Positions 43,089 through 55,739 of a stretch of 64,000 nt of DNA are shown piece after piece. The stretch lies in the NCBI GenBank assembly GCA_000165345.1, contig CM000433.1:896001-960000 (forward strand), read 5' to 3'. The translations under genes were made by a program, and so were the position numbers. The number at the start of each line of letters is the position of its first letter. Position 1 is the first letter of the stretch. Below the pieces are notes generated by a model. The model did no database searches, had not been told where the DNA came from, and worked only from the letters and a program-made list of their open reading frames with translations.

Positions 43089-44750
43089 ATGAAAACATTG
43101 ACTAAAAGTGAACAAAAGTGGGATGCTACTTTAACAATGAATAGCAATTCAACAGACATGGTTATATATTCAGAAGAAAAAAAAGACATGGGAGAACTGG
43201 CCCCAAATAAGTTCTGGAACTCTATAAACCAAGGTGTAAATTTGATTGTTGGGCTTTATGAAGGCATTCAATCAGCATGCATGGCTACTGGAGTACATGA
43301 ATCAGAAATGTTAAATGAAATTAGTATATTTGATAATAAGTTAGGAAAAGCTAAAAGAATTGCAAAAAATACTGATTTTGGTAATAGAATGAATTCAAAT
43401 GAAATTTCTACATCTAATTCCACAAGAGTGTCATCCGTGATAAATTTTAGTGATTTACTTACATCACCAAGTGGTATAACATCAAAGACTTCAAGTATTA
43501 ATGATTTAAGCTATTTATATAGTCAATTAGGTATTGGAGGAGGATTTGAATCATCAGGATTACTTCAAAGTCTTAGTAATGATCCAACAATACAACTACC
43601 ACATATGGATGTACCTAATTTATCAGCACATACAAAAATGTATGCATTTCGTTCACATATTTGTCTCTCAATATTATGTTCTCAAAATATTGATAAAATT
43701 ATTGAGACTAACTTAGTTTCTGGTGATTTTAAATTAAAAGGTCCTGGTTTTAAGGTTGAAAATGTATATATACCAATTAGAAATGAAAAACAAAATATCG
43801 AAATTAAGTTAACAACATTTACAAATCTTGGAAAAAGAGTTGATCTTGGAGTTGATATTCCTATTTCTGCTATACATAAAAGTGATGAAAATTTTACTTT
43901 TTGGTTATCACTAACATCTGATAAAGATCAATCTTGTCAAAAATATAATGATATTCTACCTGAAGCTGTTTTTCGTCTTAAATTAGATAATGAAAACTAT
44001 AAAGCAGGAGTTATTCATCCTAGGATACTTGTTAATGTTAAAAGAGTTATGACTGGAATTATTGAAGATTTACAAATTTCATCTTTAAAAGTTTTTGATC
44101 ATAATATTTTACCTTCTTCTGGATATTATTCTTCTAATAACAATCAGAAATCTTCCTCTACATTAATTTATGTTGGATTATATAACGATTCATTAGATAT
44201 GGAAATTTCTCAGATTCTTAATTCTAATCCTTCACTTCTTTCTAATTATATTATTGAAAGAATTAATTCTGCTGGACATTATAAAATTAATGATATTGAT
44301 GTCTTAATTTCTTATGGATCAGGAAAATATTCCCATACATTATTTGTTCAAGATGAAACTTCACGTCAACCTTTAATTGATTATCTTAATAATACTAATG
44401 AAAATATTGAATGGTTAACAAGTGAGCCTAGTAATGCAACAGAAATGGTTCCACCTGGAGTTTTACCTGATTTCTCTGGTACCCCAGCTCCATGGGAAGT
44501 TGAAACTGATCGTAGAAAAGCTATGGAATTAGCTTGTCATAGAGTTGCTTTGAGAGAACATATTGCTATACAGTATTTAATTGATACTGGATGTACTAAT
44601 TTACCAAATCCAAAATTCTCTCAATGGCTGAATCCACCATATTTTAGAATTGGTCCTCAATTTGAGCCTGTTCCTATGAGTTATAATTGGGGCCCAAATT
44701 ATACTAACATTCAATTAATTCCTTTAGAACAGCCTAAAAAGATTAATTAA
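43089..44750 (+). CDS. Hypothetical protein (553 aa)
   Basis: Uninterrupted ORF starting at an ATG. An E2F-like GGCGGGAAAA site and a GCATGTATGCAT motif lie 150-250 bp upstream (42841..42904). No motif recognised. Confidence 0.6.
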   Translation: MKTLTKSEQKWDATLTMNSNSTDMVIYSEEKKDMGELAPNKFWNSINQGVNLIVGLYEGIQSACMATGVHESEMLNEISIFDNKLGKAKRIAKNTDFGNRMNSNEISTSNSTRVSSVINFSDLLTSPSGITSKTSSINDLSYLYSQLGIGGGFESSGLLQSLSNDPTIQLPHMDVPNLSAHTKMYAFRSHICLSILCSQNIDKIIETNLVSGDFKLKGPGFKVENVYIPIRNEKQNIEIKLTTFTNLGKRVDLGVDIPISAIHKSDENFTFWLSLTSDKDQSCQKYNDILPEAVFRLKLDNENYKAGVIHPRILVNVKRVMTGIIEDLQISSLKVFDHNILPSSGYYSSNNNQKSSSTLIYVGLYNDSLDMEISQILNSNPSLLSNYIIERINSAGHYKINDIDVLISYGSGKYSHTLFVQDETSRQPLIDYLNNTNENIEWLTSEPSNATEMVPPGVLPDFSGTPAPWEVETDRRKAMELACHRVALREHIAIQYLIDTGCTNLPNPKFSQWLNPPYFRIGPQFEPVPMSYNWGPNYTNIQLIPLEQPKKIN

Positions 44751-45692
44751 GGCAGAAAATAATATTTACTTAGCTTTACTTTTCTCTTTTTTTTTCTTCA
44801 ATTCAATTATCATTTTATATAATTTGAATTAAACTTGTTCAATAAAAAAAGTAATTAAAATCAAGTAAACAATTCATATAAAGGATAAATATAAATATTA
44901 ATAATTCCAAATCTTATTATTATACTCTCAGAAGAAATGCAGATTCTAGTAAAGAGAAAATTAAAAGAATAAAACAGGATATCATAATTAGTGGAGCTTC
45001 TATTTTCTTTTTCTTTTTAAGTTTGGAAAACTTATTAATAGTACAAACATGATTGAAATATCTGGTTCCTTTTAATGAACAGCAAATACTTCTCAGCTTA
45101 TTTTTATTATTATTATTCATCTATAATACTTCTTATTAATTATTATTACTCTTGTTTATTAATTTGTGAGCGATTAAGATTTTGTAAAATTCATTTTTTC
45201 AGTTATTCAATTATTAAATAACTCCGTCAAATAAGGTATAAAATAACCTTTATGTTTCATTTATACAAAAAAACAAGATTTTGACTTTTTTCCCGTTTAT
45301 GAAAATACTATGTCTTTAATAATACTTACCACCCCAAGGAACATAATATTATTATAATTTTTGGATGAGAATTTTGACAAATTTATTATGATATATATTT
45401 TATTTAAAGAGAAATATGTATAGAAAAATAAATACTAATAAATCCTTTTTTTTTTTCCTTTAAATAGATATAAATGTAAATATTAGATGCAGTTGTTATA
45501 TATTTCCCACACTAATTATTTGATAAATTAGTATTATGAATAATCCATACAAAATTAATATTAATAATAATTAATAAGAAGATTATATTGAATATCTCTC
45601 AAAAAAAAAAGATAAACCCCCACACATTCCAAGATTTAGAGCAAAAGCTTGATTATTAGATTGGATCTCTTATTATTACAAATAAAGAGTAC

Positions 45693-46240
45693 TTAGTTTA
45701 ATACTTTACTCTTAACAAGTGAGAAGAAGTCATCCCTGCTAATAATGTTTTGCTGCTTTCTAAATACATCTTGAGTTGCAAGATTAAGCATCCCGGTAAG
45801 GGTTTCATCATCAAGCTCTTCACCAAGTTCATTTGATATCTTTCTTAAACTTTCAAGATCAATACAACCCTTATTGTTATGATCAAATATTTTGTAAGCC
45901 TCTAATGTATCAATATTTGCATCCATATCATCTTTTTCAGATGCCTCGGGAAATCCTGTAAGCTGATCTATTAATATATGGAGACTTATATTGCCTTGTG
46001 AATCACATAAGGATTTAAGTGTATCACAAGCTTCAGCAATGTGTTCTCTTGGTATAAAGTTCCATTCCATCATTCTATTTTGAATATCTGTAAATGGAAT
46101 AACATCCTTATATTCTCTATCCAAAAGCTTGACAACATCCGGGAGATCTCTCTCATTATCCCAAACCTTTCTTTGACCAAAAGAGACAGTCTGCCCATCT
46201 GCTCTTAAACTTGCAGAAGAATTCTGAGTTGATGGGTTCA
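45693..46240 (-). CDS. EF-hand-pair protein with degenerate loops (calmodulin/myosin-light-chain-like)
   Basis: The ORF-track start at 46286 is a TTG. The first ATG is at 46240 (MNPSTQNSS...). The C-terminal half has EF-hand-like helix-loop-helix units (IFDHNNKGCIDLESLRKISNELGEEL) with non-canonical loop positions 5 and 12. Promoter-type motifs lie at 46370..46430. Confidence 0.5.
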
Positions 46241-47097
46241 TACTTTCGTCACGATCCTTTCTTTTTAATAAGAAAAACTCTTTCAAAAAAACTTCTTATT
46301 ATTATGTACGTTACGAGAGTACTTTATTTAACTTTTTACCTTGCTGTTATTAATAATGTAAATTAGCATTCTCATGCACGCGAATGTTGGCGCCATCTAC
46401 ATCCGTTGCGCACACGTCTAAATTTGTGTGTATTAGCCTCGTAAAATTAAATTTCAAGATTAATGAAATAGTAGGTAAATAATAGAAGAATATAATAATT
46501 TGTTAGAAAATACAGAAAAAAAGAGATAAAGGGAGAGAGGGGAAGAAGATGGTGGGAATATTAGTAAGAGTTGAGATTAAAATGCATGTTTAATTTTAAC
46601 TAAGCATTAAATAATGTGTGCTTCTTTTTTTTCCCTGTTCTCTCAAATATTATATAACTATTGATAATCTAGAATGATTAGTTTTTTATATATAAATTTT
46701 ATCTTTTATATTTGCTTTTTTTTTTTAAGTTTTAGAATTTTAGTGAATACTAATATATTTACTTAAACTGTGATAATTGAGTATTGTTATCTTCATTTAA
46801 CTCTATATTTAGATAATAGTCTGTTATTATTTGAGTTATTTGTTCTTCCAAGTTGTTCATTATTAAAGAATAATATTATTGCACTGCATGCACGCGCCTA
46901 ATATTATTTTGAATATCATATTATTGCATGCAATTCCAGTAATAAATTAAAAAAATTCAAATATATAGTTAACTCTCAAATAATAATACGATTTAAATAA
47001 ATATATTCCTAGAAGATATTTTTATTTAAAGGAATCCGTTTTTTCCTTTTTTTTTGTTTTCAAAATGATGTATAATATTAATAATAAACCTGGTGCA

Positions 47098-47688
47098 CTA
47101 TATAAACTTTGATGAAAATGTCTGAATATAATTCATATTAAAATATAATGAATTTTTGATTAATGCTTTTATTAAATCAGTTAGGGTACAGATAAGACCA
47201 TAACTTAAGAAAGAATTAATATTGTTAGCCTTTTCTTTAGATTGAAAGAACGGAGAATATAACTTTTGATTAAAAGGAATGATTATACTGTGGTTATTAA
47301 CGTATGATTTAACAATATAGAAAGTCAGGAGTTGCCTAATTTTTGGAGGAAGGAAATTAATGATTTTTAGAATTAAGTAAATTCCACCCATTATTTTTTT
47401 GGTAAAATTAAAATTTTTATGATTAGTTTGGTTGATTTCTTTCGTTGAATTATTATTTAAAGTTTGTTTTAATATATTAAGTTGACGACTTTTTTTAACA
47501 TATTCAGTGAAAGTTGAGGGTTTATTAAGTTCTTTTAATTCTTCTTCTAACTGAGAAATTTCTGAATTAATTATTTGGTTTGTTTCACCATTGATTAATT
47601 TGTGAATTTTCAAAAGTTTTATTATATGTTCTAGAAAATATGACAAAAATAATTCAAATAGAATCAAAAATATTATTGTGTAATACAT
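47098..47688 (-). CDS. Three-transmembrane protein with a coiled coil between TM1 and TM2; tentatively Get1/WRB-like
   Basis: Topology is TM1 (YYTIIFLILFELFLSYFLEHII), coiled coil (EISQLEEELKELNK...LNILKQTL), TM2 (IMGGIYLILKIINFL) and TM3 (FLSYGLICTLTDLIKALI). This mirrors the WRB/Get1 layout. The assignment rests on architecture only. Confidence 0.4.
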   Translation of the reverse strand: MYYTIIFLILFELFLSYFLEHIIKLLKIHKLINGETNQIINSEISQLEEELKELNKPSTFTEYVKKSRQLNILKQTLNNNSTKEINQTNHKNFNFTKKIMGGIYLILKIINFLPPKIRQLLTFYIVKSYVNNHSIIIPFNQKLYSPFFQSKEKANNINSFLSYGLICTLTDLIKALIKNSLYFNMNYIQTFSSKFI

Positions 47689-48084
47689 CCTAGTTTGCGT
47701 TTAAATTTAAAGTTAAGTTGATTAGATTTGAATAAATTTCTTCACTTTAATTATTTTTTTGTATATTTATTATCAAAAGAGTGATAATTTATTAAAATGA
47801 ATTTTAATGAATTAATGGAAATTTCATTATTATTATTATTTTCCTCGTTTAATTTATTAAAGAAAATTGTGGAATTTGGCGCCATATTTATGTTAATTTT
47901 GACATTAATAGGTGCACAGGGTAGGAGATCACAAATTATAATAATTAAAAAAATAATCGAAAAAAAAAAAAATATATTTTTTTTTGATATGAAAAAAAAG
48001 TTGCTGGAAGAGTATATTTAGTAATAAATCAATGTATATATATATTTTTTATGGAGATGATTTCAAGAAAAATATCAAAAAAAG

Positions 48085-48858
48085 ATGAAGTTATCACGTA
48101 GTTTTATTATTGCATGCATTTTTGTATACATTTTAAATATTTTGGGTTTGGTCATAATTAACCCAAAACCTGAAATTTGTTTGCTTAGAATTAGGGTTAG
48201 AGAAAAAGGATTTTTGAAAAGAGCAGCAAATGCAGCAGGAAGACTAATTTTTGGAGTTGATACAACTCAAAAAGAACCACCTTTAAATACCGAAAGATTT
48301 CCTGTTGGAATGTTTCCTGATCCAAAAGAATTAGCTCAAGAACTAGATATTCTTGAGAATAGAAAAATAGTACCAGATAGTAATCGTCAAACTGGCGTAC
48401 AATATATTTCAGATATAGCAAATGGTCAAACACCCAATTTGGAATTACTTTCAGATAGTCAAATGGCTCAAGTTAGTAGTGGTGTATTTGATAGAGGATC
48501 TAAAGAGGCCTTGGAGGCTTCTAATAAAACAAAAATAGAAGAATTAAGAGCCAATAAAGAAAGAGAACAGGCTCTGCAATCGCAAGGCCAAATAATTAAA
48601 GATGGTGAAAAGGTTAAAATTGGAAAACAAGGTCCAGTCACATTAGACGATCCTGATGAAAATAATAAAGGCAAAACAATTCCTCCAAAACTTGCATTAG
48701 TTGATAATGAAGAAGAATTTATTAATAAAGACACAAATCAATCCATATTTAGTCATCCTTTAGTGATTATTTTTATCTTCATACTTGTTGTATGCATGTT
48801 TGCAGGAGGAAGCCTTATTTTCTTTAAGAAATTTGGTAAAAAGAAAAGAAAAAAGTAG
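48085..48858 (+). CDS. Hypothetical type I membrane protein (signal peptide, C-terminal TM helix and KKKRKK tail)
   Basis: The N-terminus MKLSRSFIIACIFVYILNILGLVI is a signal peptide. The C-terminus PLVIIFIFILVVCMFAGGSLIFF is followed by KKFGKKKRKK. Confidence 0.55.
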   Translation: MKLSRSFIIACIFVYILNILGLVIINPKPEICLLRIRVREKGFLKRAANAAGRLIFGVDTTQKEPPLNTERFPVGMFPDPKELAQELDILENRKIVPDSNRQTGVQYISDIANGQTPNLELLSDSQMAQVSSGVFDRGSKEALEASNKTKIEELRANKEREQALQSQGQIIKDGEKVKIGKQGPVTLDDPDENNKGKTIPPKLALVDNEEEFINKDTNQSIFSHPLVIIFIFILVVCMFAGGSLIFFKKFGKKKRKK

Positions 48859-49597
48859 ATTTTTCTGAAATATTCAAATTCTAATCGTCAAAAACATTTA
48901 ATTTACATAACAATTTTAGTTTTTATAATAACTTAATATTAAATTCGCATTTTGGCGCCAACTTATTTTCAAGTGTATAGTAATATTTGTTTAAATTTAA
49001 AGATCTGATCACAAAATTGACCATAAAATTGAGAAAAAATAAGTTAAAAATTTTGGTGATTTAATAAATATAAAATTAGTAAGATTAAATTCATAATCAC
49101 TTCTATAACACAGTTAGTAGTTAGAAACAAGTGATATAAGGAATTTTTCAATTTATTATTTTAATTAAAGTTAATTATTGGGAATATTGTTAGTGTTGGT
49201 CTGCAAATAATAAAAAAGTAAGACATAAATATTAAACTCATGCAACTTTGAGTTGCTAATAAATATTATACTTTATAAATAATAAAGCTTCCAGGATTAG
49301 TCAAGTAAATCTAACTTGAAACATTCTGGCTCAATATTATTAGTGATTTAAAGATCAATATAAAATTCATGGAAGCTTTGAATTTAAGTAATAAAAACAT
49401 ATTTATAAAAAAATAGAAAATAAATTATACAAACTAACAATATTTCGATTACTTTATTAACATACAAATAAACAGAGTAAGTTAATCTCAATAATAATGT
49501 TAAATTGAATTCCTAATTATTAAATAATTACAATACTATATTAAACACTTATTTAAAAAAGAAGTTAATATTTTAATTCATACTTGTAAAAAGAAAA

Positions 49598-50422
49598 ATG
49601 GATTCAGAAAAAAGTGTGGAAAGAGGTCGAAAAATAAATAAAGATAGAGGTTCCGAAAGAGTTGGAGTTATTGGGAGAAAAATGAGCGATATGGACAAAA
49701 TTCTGCCTTCAAAAGAGCATATAGAGGAAGGCTTAGCTCCAAATGAAGGGGAATTAGCTATTATTTATCATGATACAACAGCTGGCTCTACTAAACATAT
49801 TGTTACAAAATCTCCTAATATATCTCCTGCAAAACAGGAAGAATCCAGTCTATTAGGTAATAATTCCTTCCAAAATTATGTCAATCCTCATAGTTTATAC
49901 AGTCCTGTATATACCAGTAACCAAATTGGAGGAGAATACGCATTCCCTAAAGTAAAATTCTCAAGTTTAATTTTTCCATGGTCAGCATTTCTAGCTGTAA
50001 TTATTTCATACGTACTTACAAGTTTTTCATGGTATTATCTCTTTTACAATGATGACTATAGATTGGTTTTGGCGCCTTTTGTTACTTCATCTATTATATG
50101 TTTTTTTGAATCTCCTGTAATGCTTGCAAAATACTTATTTAGAAAGATGAGAAAATCTTTGATATGGAGATTAATTCCCATGGGAAGTATGGTGTTTCAC
50201 TCCCTTCTCTTATTAATTGCATCAGTCCCCATCAACTTATTATATTGCAGTTATATTCTTAATAAGGGAGATCCAAGTCAAATATTTAACTTACCACTAC
50301 ATTATTTAATTTTGGCGGGAATCCAAGCTTTGTATATAATTCCATGCATTTTATTTTTGATAGCGCATTCCAGATTTGAATCACAAATATTAAAAGATAG
50401 AACTGAATATGACCACTGGTAA
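49598..50422 (+). CDS. Hypothetical membrane protein (four hydrophobic helices in the C-terminal half)
   Basis: 274-aa ORF starting at an ATG with a soluble N-terminal 110 residues and then four TM-like segments. Confidence 0.55.
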   Translation: MDSEKSVERGRKINKDRGSERVGVIGRKMSDMDKILPSKEHIEEGLAPNEGELAIIYHDTTAGSTKHIVTKSPNISPAKQEESSLLGNNSFQNYVNPHSLYSPVYTSNQIGGEYAFPKVKFSSLIFPWSAFLAVIISYVLTSFSWYYLFYNDDYRLVLAPFVTSSIICFFESPVMLAKYLFRKMRKSLIWRLIPMGSMVFHSLLLLIASVPINLLYCSYILNKGDPSQIFNLPLHYLILAGIQALYIIPCILFLIAHSRFESQILKDRTEYDHW

Positions 50423-50863
50423 ATTATTAATATTTTTAAGAATTATAAATTTCAAAGCTAATTCTATTTGATAAAGTGGTTATTTTTGTAACGGCTATCC
50501 ATACGTTCATTGTTTTGGCTTAAAAACAATTGTTTGGATTTTTATAATCCACACAGAATAAGAGTAAAAGTTGAAATAAATTGAAGATATGGCTAATAAG
50601 TTCTATTATTTACATACTAACATTAATCCCATCCAACTCATTCCTTTTACTTATTTAATATTTCCTTTTTTTTGAAATTAATATTTATCTGTCTACATGC
50701 ATGTATGCATGCATGCATACAGTATTTTAAAAAATGATACTAAAGAATTGTAGCAAGTAGGTAAAATAATAAAAACAACTCATTGCCATCTAAAGATAAA
50801 GAAAGAGTTTAAGAAATAGGCTATTAATATTATGTTACTAATGTAATACTTTTTTTTTATTCT

Positions 50864-53800
50864 TTATGAAAAGATTTTTCCCAATTTCTTTAAAGTGTTT
50901 GAACTGCTTTTCTTCTTCTTGAATGGCTTGTTTGCAAAAGCAATGCCTGCAATTTTTCCATCACTAGTTAGCTCAAAACAAACTCCATAAATTGAATCAC
51001 TAGAAGTGGAAATCTCATTAAATCCTGATACATTTGTCAATGTTGTAGATTTGGTAGAGGCAGATTCTGAAGAATATGGAGGGTTAAGTTTAACCTGCGA
51101 AGGAACTACATTTAGTGGGGAAAAGTCCACAACTAATGTTGATCCAACCTTTGAGAGATCAAAGCTTTGTGAAGTCATTTGATTCAATTCAGAGTCATTT
51201 TCACCAACAGAAACTGAAGTTTTCTCATCTGGACACTGGAAAGACAAAACTTTAATAGGCCCAGCAAAGCCTTTAGAATTTGTATTTGATCTTAAGACTG
51301 TAAGCTTAGAAAATGGAACCTCTCCTTTAATATCATCATCTAAACAAGAAAATGAAATAATCCAATTACTGAGCCTTGTTCTTGCAGATCCACCTTGGAA
51401 TTGACTACAATGTGGATGAATTGAATCCACTTTTTGTGAAATTCTTGGGCCATTTACAATTACGCTTGGAACATTTCCTGTGTACTTATTATCTACTGGA
51501 ATCATATTTGGCTTAACTTCCTCATCAGAACATTTTAAAGGAAGATATTCAAATCCAAAACCAAGTGAAAGTATTCCCTGAGATGGTGAAAGTGAACCAC
51601 AAACTGTTCTCAATACATGCTTTTCGTGTTTTAATTTCTCATCACTTTCCCATGTTATTGTTGGACCAAGAGAAGCATCTTTCATTCTATAATAAAGTAA
51701 TTGTTGAATCTTCCCAGAGCTAGCATACCCATCTATTGAGAAAAATGCAGGACCTGGAATAATACTTTCTTTTTCATAAGATTTTGACTTATTTTCATTC
51801 TTTCTTCCCTTTACACTAAAAGCTAGCTCAATCATTTTTGGCTGAACTTTATTAAATAGCTGAGTTGTCAATTGAGATGGAGATCTTCCACCTAAAGAAA
51901 CTGTCTCAACATTGTTAGTTCCTGTACATTTCCATTCAAGTCCAATAATTGGCCCATCAATTATATGATGTGCTTTAATGTATTCAATTTCTGTACAATT
52001 TGGACAAGTTACTGTAAATGGACTTCCAATCTCAGCCTCTGTAGAGTTCTGCTGATTTAAATTCTTCAAAAAATCCATTAATGGCGTATTATATGCCAAT
52101 TTCTCACATTTATCTTTATTAATCTTGTTTTCTATTATCAATCCATTGTTCTGTTTTCCTAAAACCTCCAATTTTCCACCAAGTAAACCATTATTACCTT
52201 CCTCATTACTTGATGACTTTATTACGCTAACATTCTCATCTAAAGTATCATAAGGTACCGATGACATAGAACCTTCAAAACCAATACCAATTATATTACC
52301 ATTTCTTTGTTCTAATTCAACACAAATTGAATCAGTATAAACTACATTACCATCAACACTTGGGATTTCCCAGTAAGTAATTGTGCTTGGAACCAAAAAG
52401 CTTGAGTATTGCATTAATAAAGTCTTCTTATTTGAATTCAAATCACTCAACCTTGTTGTCAACATTACTGGATTAGTACTCTCTGTATTATATCCTAAAT
52501 AAATAGAATTAAAGGGACTTGATTGAGATGATACAACCATTATATTATTTGAAATTGATTGTCCAAATGCAAATGACAAATCCAAACTATTCTGATATAA
52601 TTCCCCGCCATTTTCTGCATGCATTTGCTTATATGGGGATGCATGCTGTACTCTAAATGGAGATGGCGCCCATTTATTCAACGGCCACTTGTCATGATCA
52701 AACATATTAATCAATTTACTTTGATCTTCTTGTTTAAGTTTACGTTCAATTTCAATATTTACTCTCTCATCACCTTCTGTATTTTCATTTTTATCACTTT
52801 TCTTTGAATTCTTAAGATTATTACTACATATGCCAGCAATACGTTTAAGTTCTTGGGTAAAGCTATCAATGAATAGAATTAGTTTATTAATATATTGTGG
52901 ATTTCCATTAGAGTCATACTTGCACTGAGCATGAACTTGAATAGTGTTTTTGCTTGTAGTTTCTTTTCCAGGAGAGTATGAATAGTTACAACCTGTTGCT
53001 TTACTGGATAAGAAGGAGATTTGCATATCATTTGGGTTATATGATATGGCGGTATTGATTGTTTGATTTCTTTGTAAAGATATTGGGTAAGCAATGATTT
53101 CTGGTTTTACCATCTTCACAGCATCAATAAACAATGGAGTTGGTTCTATCATTTCTTTGTATCCAATACCAAAACTTGTTATTTGACCATCTTTATTAAT
53201 ACCTGTACAAATCATATTTGGATTCTTTCCAACCCAGAGCCTTTCTCTGATAGCATTCTTCCTCTTTAATGATCTTTTAACTCCGAATTGAGTATTTATA
53301 AATGTTGAGAATTCTTTACCCTCTTTATTAAAATATCTCAAGGCAATTGGATTGCATGTATTTGATCCTTTGCAACTTTCCTTTGATGTCGAATTAAAAT
53401 ATGCAATATATAAAGAAGTCAAATCGTCAACTCTTTCGTGTTTAATCCATGGTCCTCCTCTATGTTCACCTAATCTCAAAAGAGAGTTGTGAATAGAATT
53501 TTCCACTTTAATATCATAGTCATTACATTCAACCTAAATTAGTTATTAAATAGAGAAAAAAAAATAAATCCAAAAATTAAACAAAACAAAATAAAATAGT
53601 TAATATTCACAATTCATAATATTAATGATTTTTTTACCTCTTAAACTTACCTCTATAGAAGCTAAATTTGCTGTACCAAAAGAATATTTCTTGTAAGTTC
53701 TGAACTTATTAAAATGGCCATTTGGACATATTATGGAATAATATACAACAGGGTTTTTCTTCTTGTGATTATTTTCAGGACCTTCTAGGGTTTGACATTC

Positions 53801-54562
53801 TGGAAATACTTTCCCAACTGTATATATCATATTCTTTAAATATATACCCTTACTTGAATAAGTTAAGGTACTTGGTGCATTTCCTTTTGGTATAAATCCA
53901 ATACCTGCTATTGAATATATTAAATTTCCAGGTTGAGAAATTGGTAATAATGCAAAACAACCTCCAATAAACTTTTCTCCTGACCACTTTCTAGAATTAG
54001 TTGATTCCAAAGAACTAACTCTTCTTCTAATAGAGAATGAATGGATTTGTGAGAAATAACCTTCCAATAATACAAGAGAGGGGATTCTTGAAGATCCTCC
54101 TGGAGTGAAACCAGCAGTAATAGACGAAGCCACTATTGGGTATCCTGGACTAGTATTATTATAATGACTTAATTTAGATCCTCCAAATGAGATAAAAGAA
54201 TAACCATTTGAACATCCAATCTTAAGATTCTGGATTTCATCAATATAATTAGCACTAGAATGATCTACAACTTGGTTATTGACTCCAATATACGAAATAA
54301 TCTCATCATCTTTACAATAAAATGCTACCTTAATAATTTCTTTCTGGTCAACTCCATAGGGTAATAACATTTTACATTCTGATAGTGCTGTTTCATTATT
54401 AACTGATGAAATTAAACCTTCACTTATCCAACCTGTAAATTTTGTATTTGTCTTATCTCCTTTGATTTGCCCCAAAAGTATAAAAAAACAAATTAATACT
54501 AATTGTATTAGTACCTGGATTTTATAATCTGATGATTTTTTAAACATTTTGAAATTTATCAT
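50864..54562 (-). CDS. Large secreted Cys-containing protein (about 1190 aa) with internally repeated modules; two exons
   Basis: Exons are 53651..54562 (signal-peptide exon, MINFKMFKKSSDYKIQVLIQLVLICFFILLG) and 50864..53533. The intron 53534..53650 (117 nt) has a GTAAGTTTAAG donor and an AATTTAG acceptor. It joins ...ANLASIE|VECNDYDIKVENSIH... in phase 0. The downstream ORF has no ATG (its track start is a GTG), so it is a later exon. Recurrent (F/I)GIG(F/Y) modules appear: AGIGFIPKG, FGIGYKEMI, IGIGFEGSM. Confidence 0.55.
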
Positions 54563-55739
54563 AATTTTATTCTTAAAAATGCTTATTCAAAGATCAAAAG
54601 TTTTAATAGAAACCTTCTTATTACCATATACGCGTCTATTGAATATAATATTCGTTTTTACAACTAAATTGAATAATTTATTTTATAAATTTGTTTTAAA
54701 TCACTTTATTTCCTATCTAAACAAATTTTCTTTTCCTTTCCAATATTAGTAGTAAATGAGTCAAATTAACCAAGTAGTTAATTCTATATTTCAAGCAAGA
54801 TTTATGAAACTTTCTAATTTCCAAGATCCCCAGGATTCCTAATTGTTCAAGTAAAAATTAAACATTTGCACTTTCCCCCTCACTTATTTCTATGACTCAA
54901 AATAGACAAATAGTGCATTTTTGCACTTTTGAGTGATCAGAATAAGATATTTAGAATAACGGATTAGGCGCCACCCCACAGCAATGGCTTAATGTTAATA
55001 TATAAAAAACTTATTGTAATTAATTATTATAAATTTATGTTTAATGATAAATTAATTATTCTTTTTTTTAAATAGCTAGCTTAAAATATTCTCAATATTT
55101 GCTCAATTATACAGCTATATTTGTCTGAGTGTAAACAAATTTTTGTATTGCAGAGAAGAATTATTTGCATTACTCAACTATCATTTATTTTTACCTTCAT
55201 TTCATTCACCGAATCATTCGTTTCAAAGTGCTTTTTATAAGTTTTGTATTCCTCTTGTTAAAGAAAAATTTACAAATCCTTATTTTAATAGCATTTATTT
55301 TTCAATAATCAAATAACTTTTTGTAATGGAATAGTGTTTGCCGCCAAATACATGCATTTTCTCCACATGTAGTTAAAATTGCATTTAAAGAAAATAATAA
55401 TAAAAAAGGAAAAAACTATTTAAATAATACTGATAAATTTAATGGTCAATTAAACTAAGAGATACAACAAATAGAATTCTACTCAGATACTAAAATCAAT
55501 CAATTAATTTTAAGTATCTTGAAATTCTTTTAATAATTTAAGTATTTAATTAAATTTCTAATTCCCAATAATGCAATTTAAAATATGAAAAAAAAAATAA
55601 AACAATCAATGCACATAATTTATATTTTTTGTGAAATTATTTGTTGTCAAAAAAGAAACAATAATAATCCATTTTATTTTCTTAATCTTGCTTATTAATT
55701 TAATCATTACTTTGAGAATAATAATCTCAAAACACTTAT

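Noticed and set aside
44920-45120. 66-aa minus-strand ORF in the convergent spacer between 43089(+) and the EF-hand gene (-)
   Set aside because: It has no ATG context, and its poly-N/poly-K composition is typical of AT-rich spacer. No promoter-type motif lies nearby.
47797-48021. 74-aa plus-strand ORF between genes 47098(-) and 48085(+)
   Set aside because: It overlaps the bidirectional promoter spacer, including the E2F-like site at 47874, and is low complexity. It is more likely non-coding.
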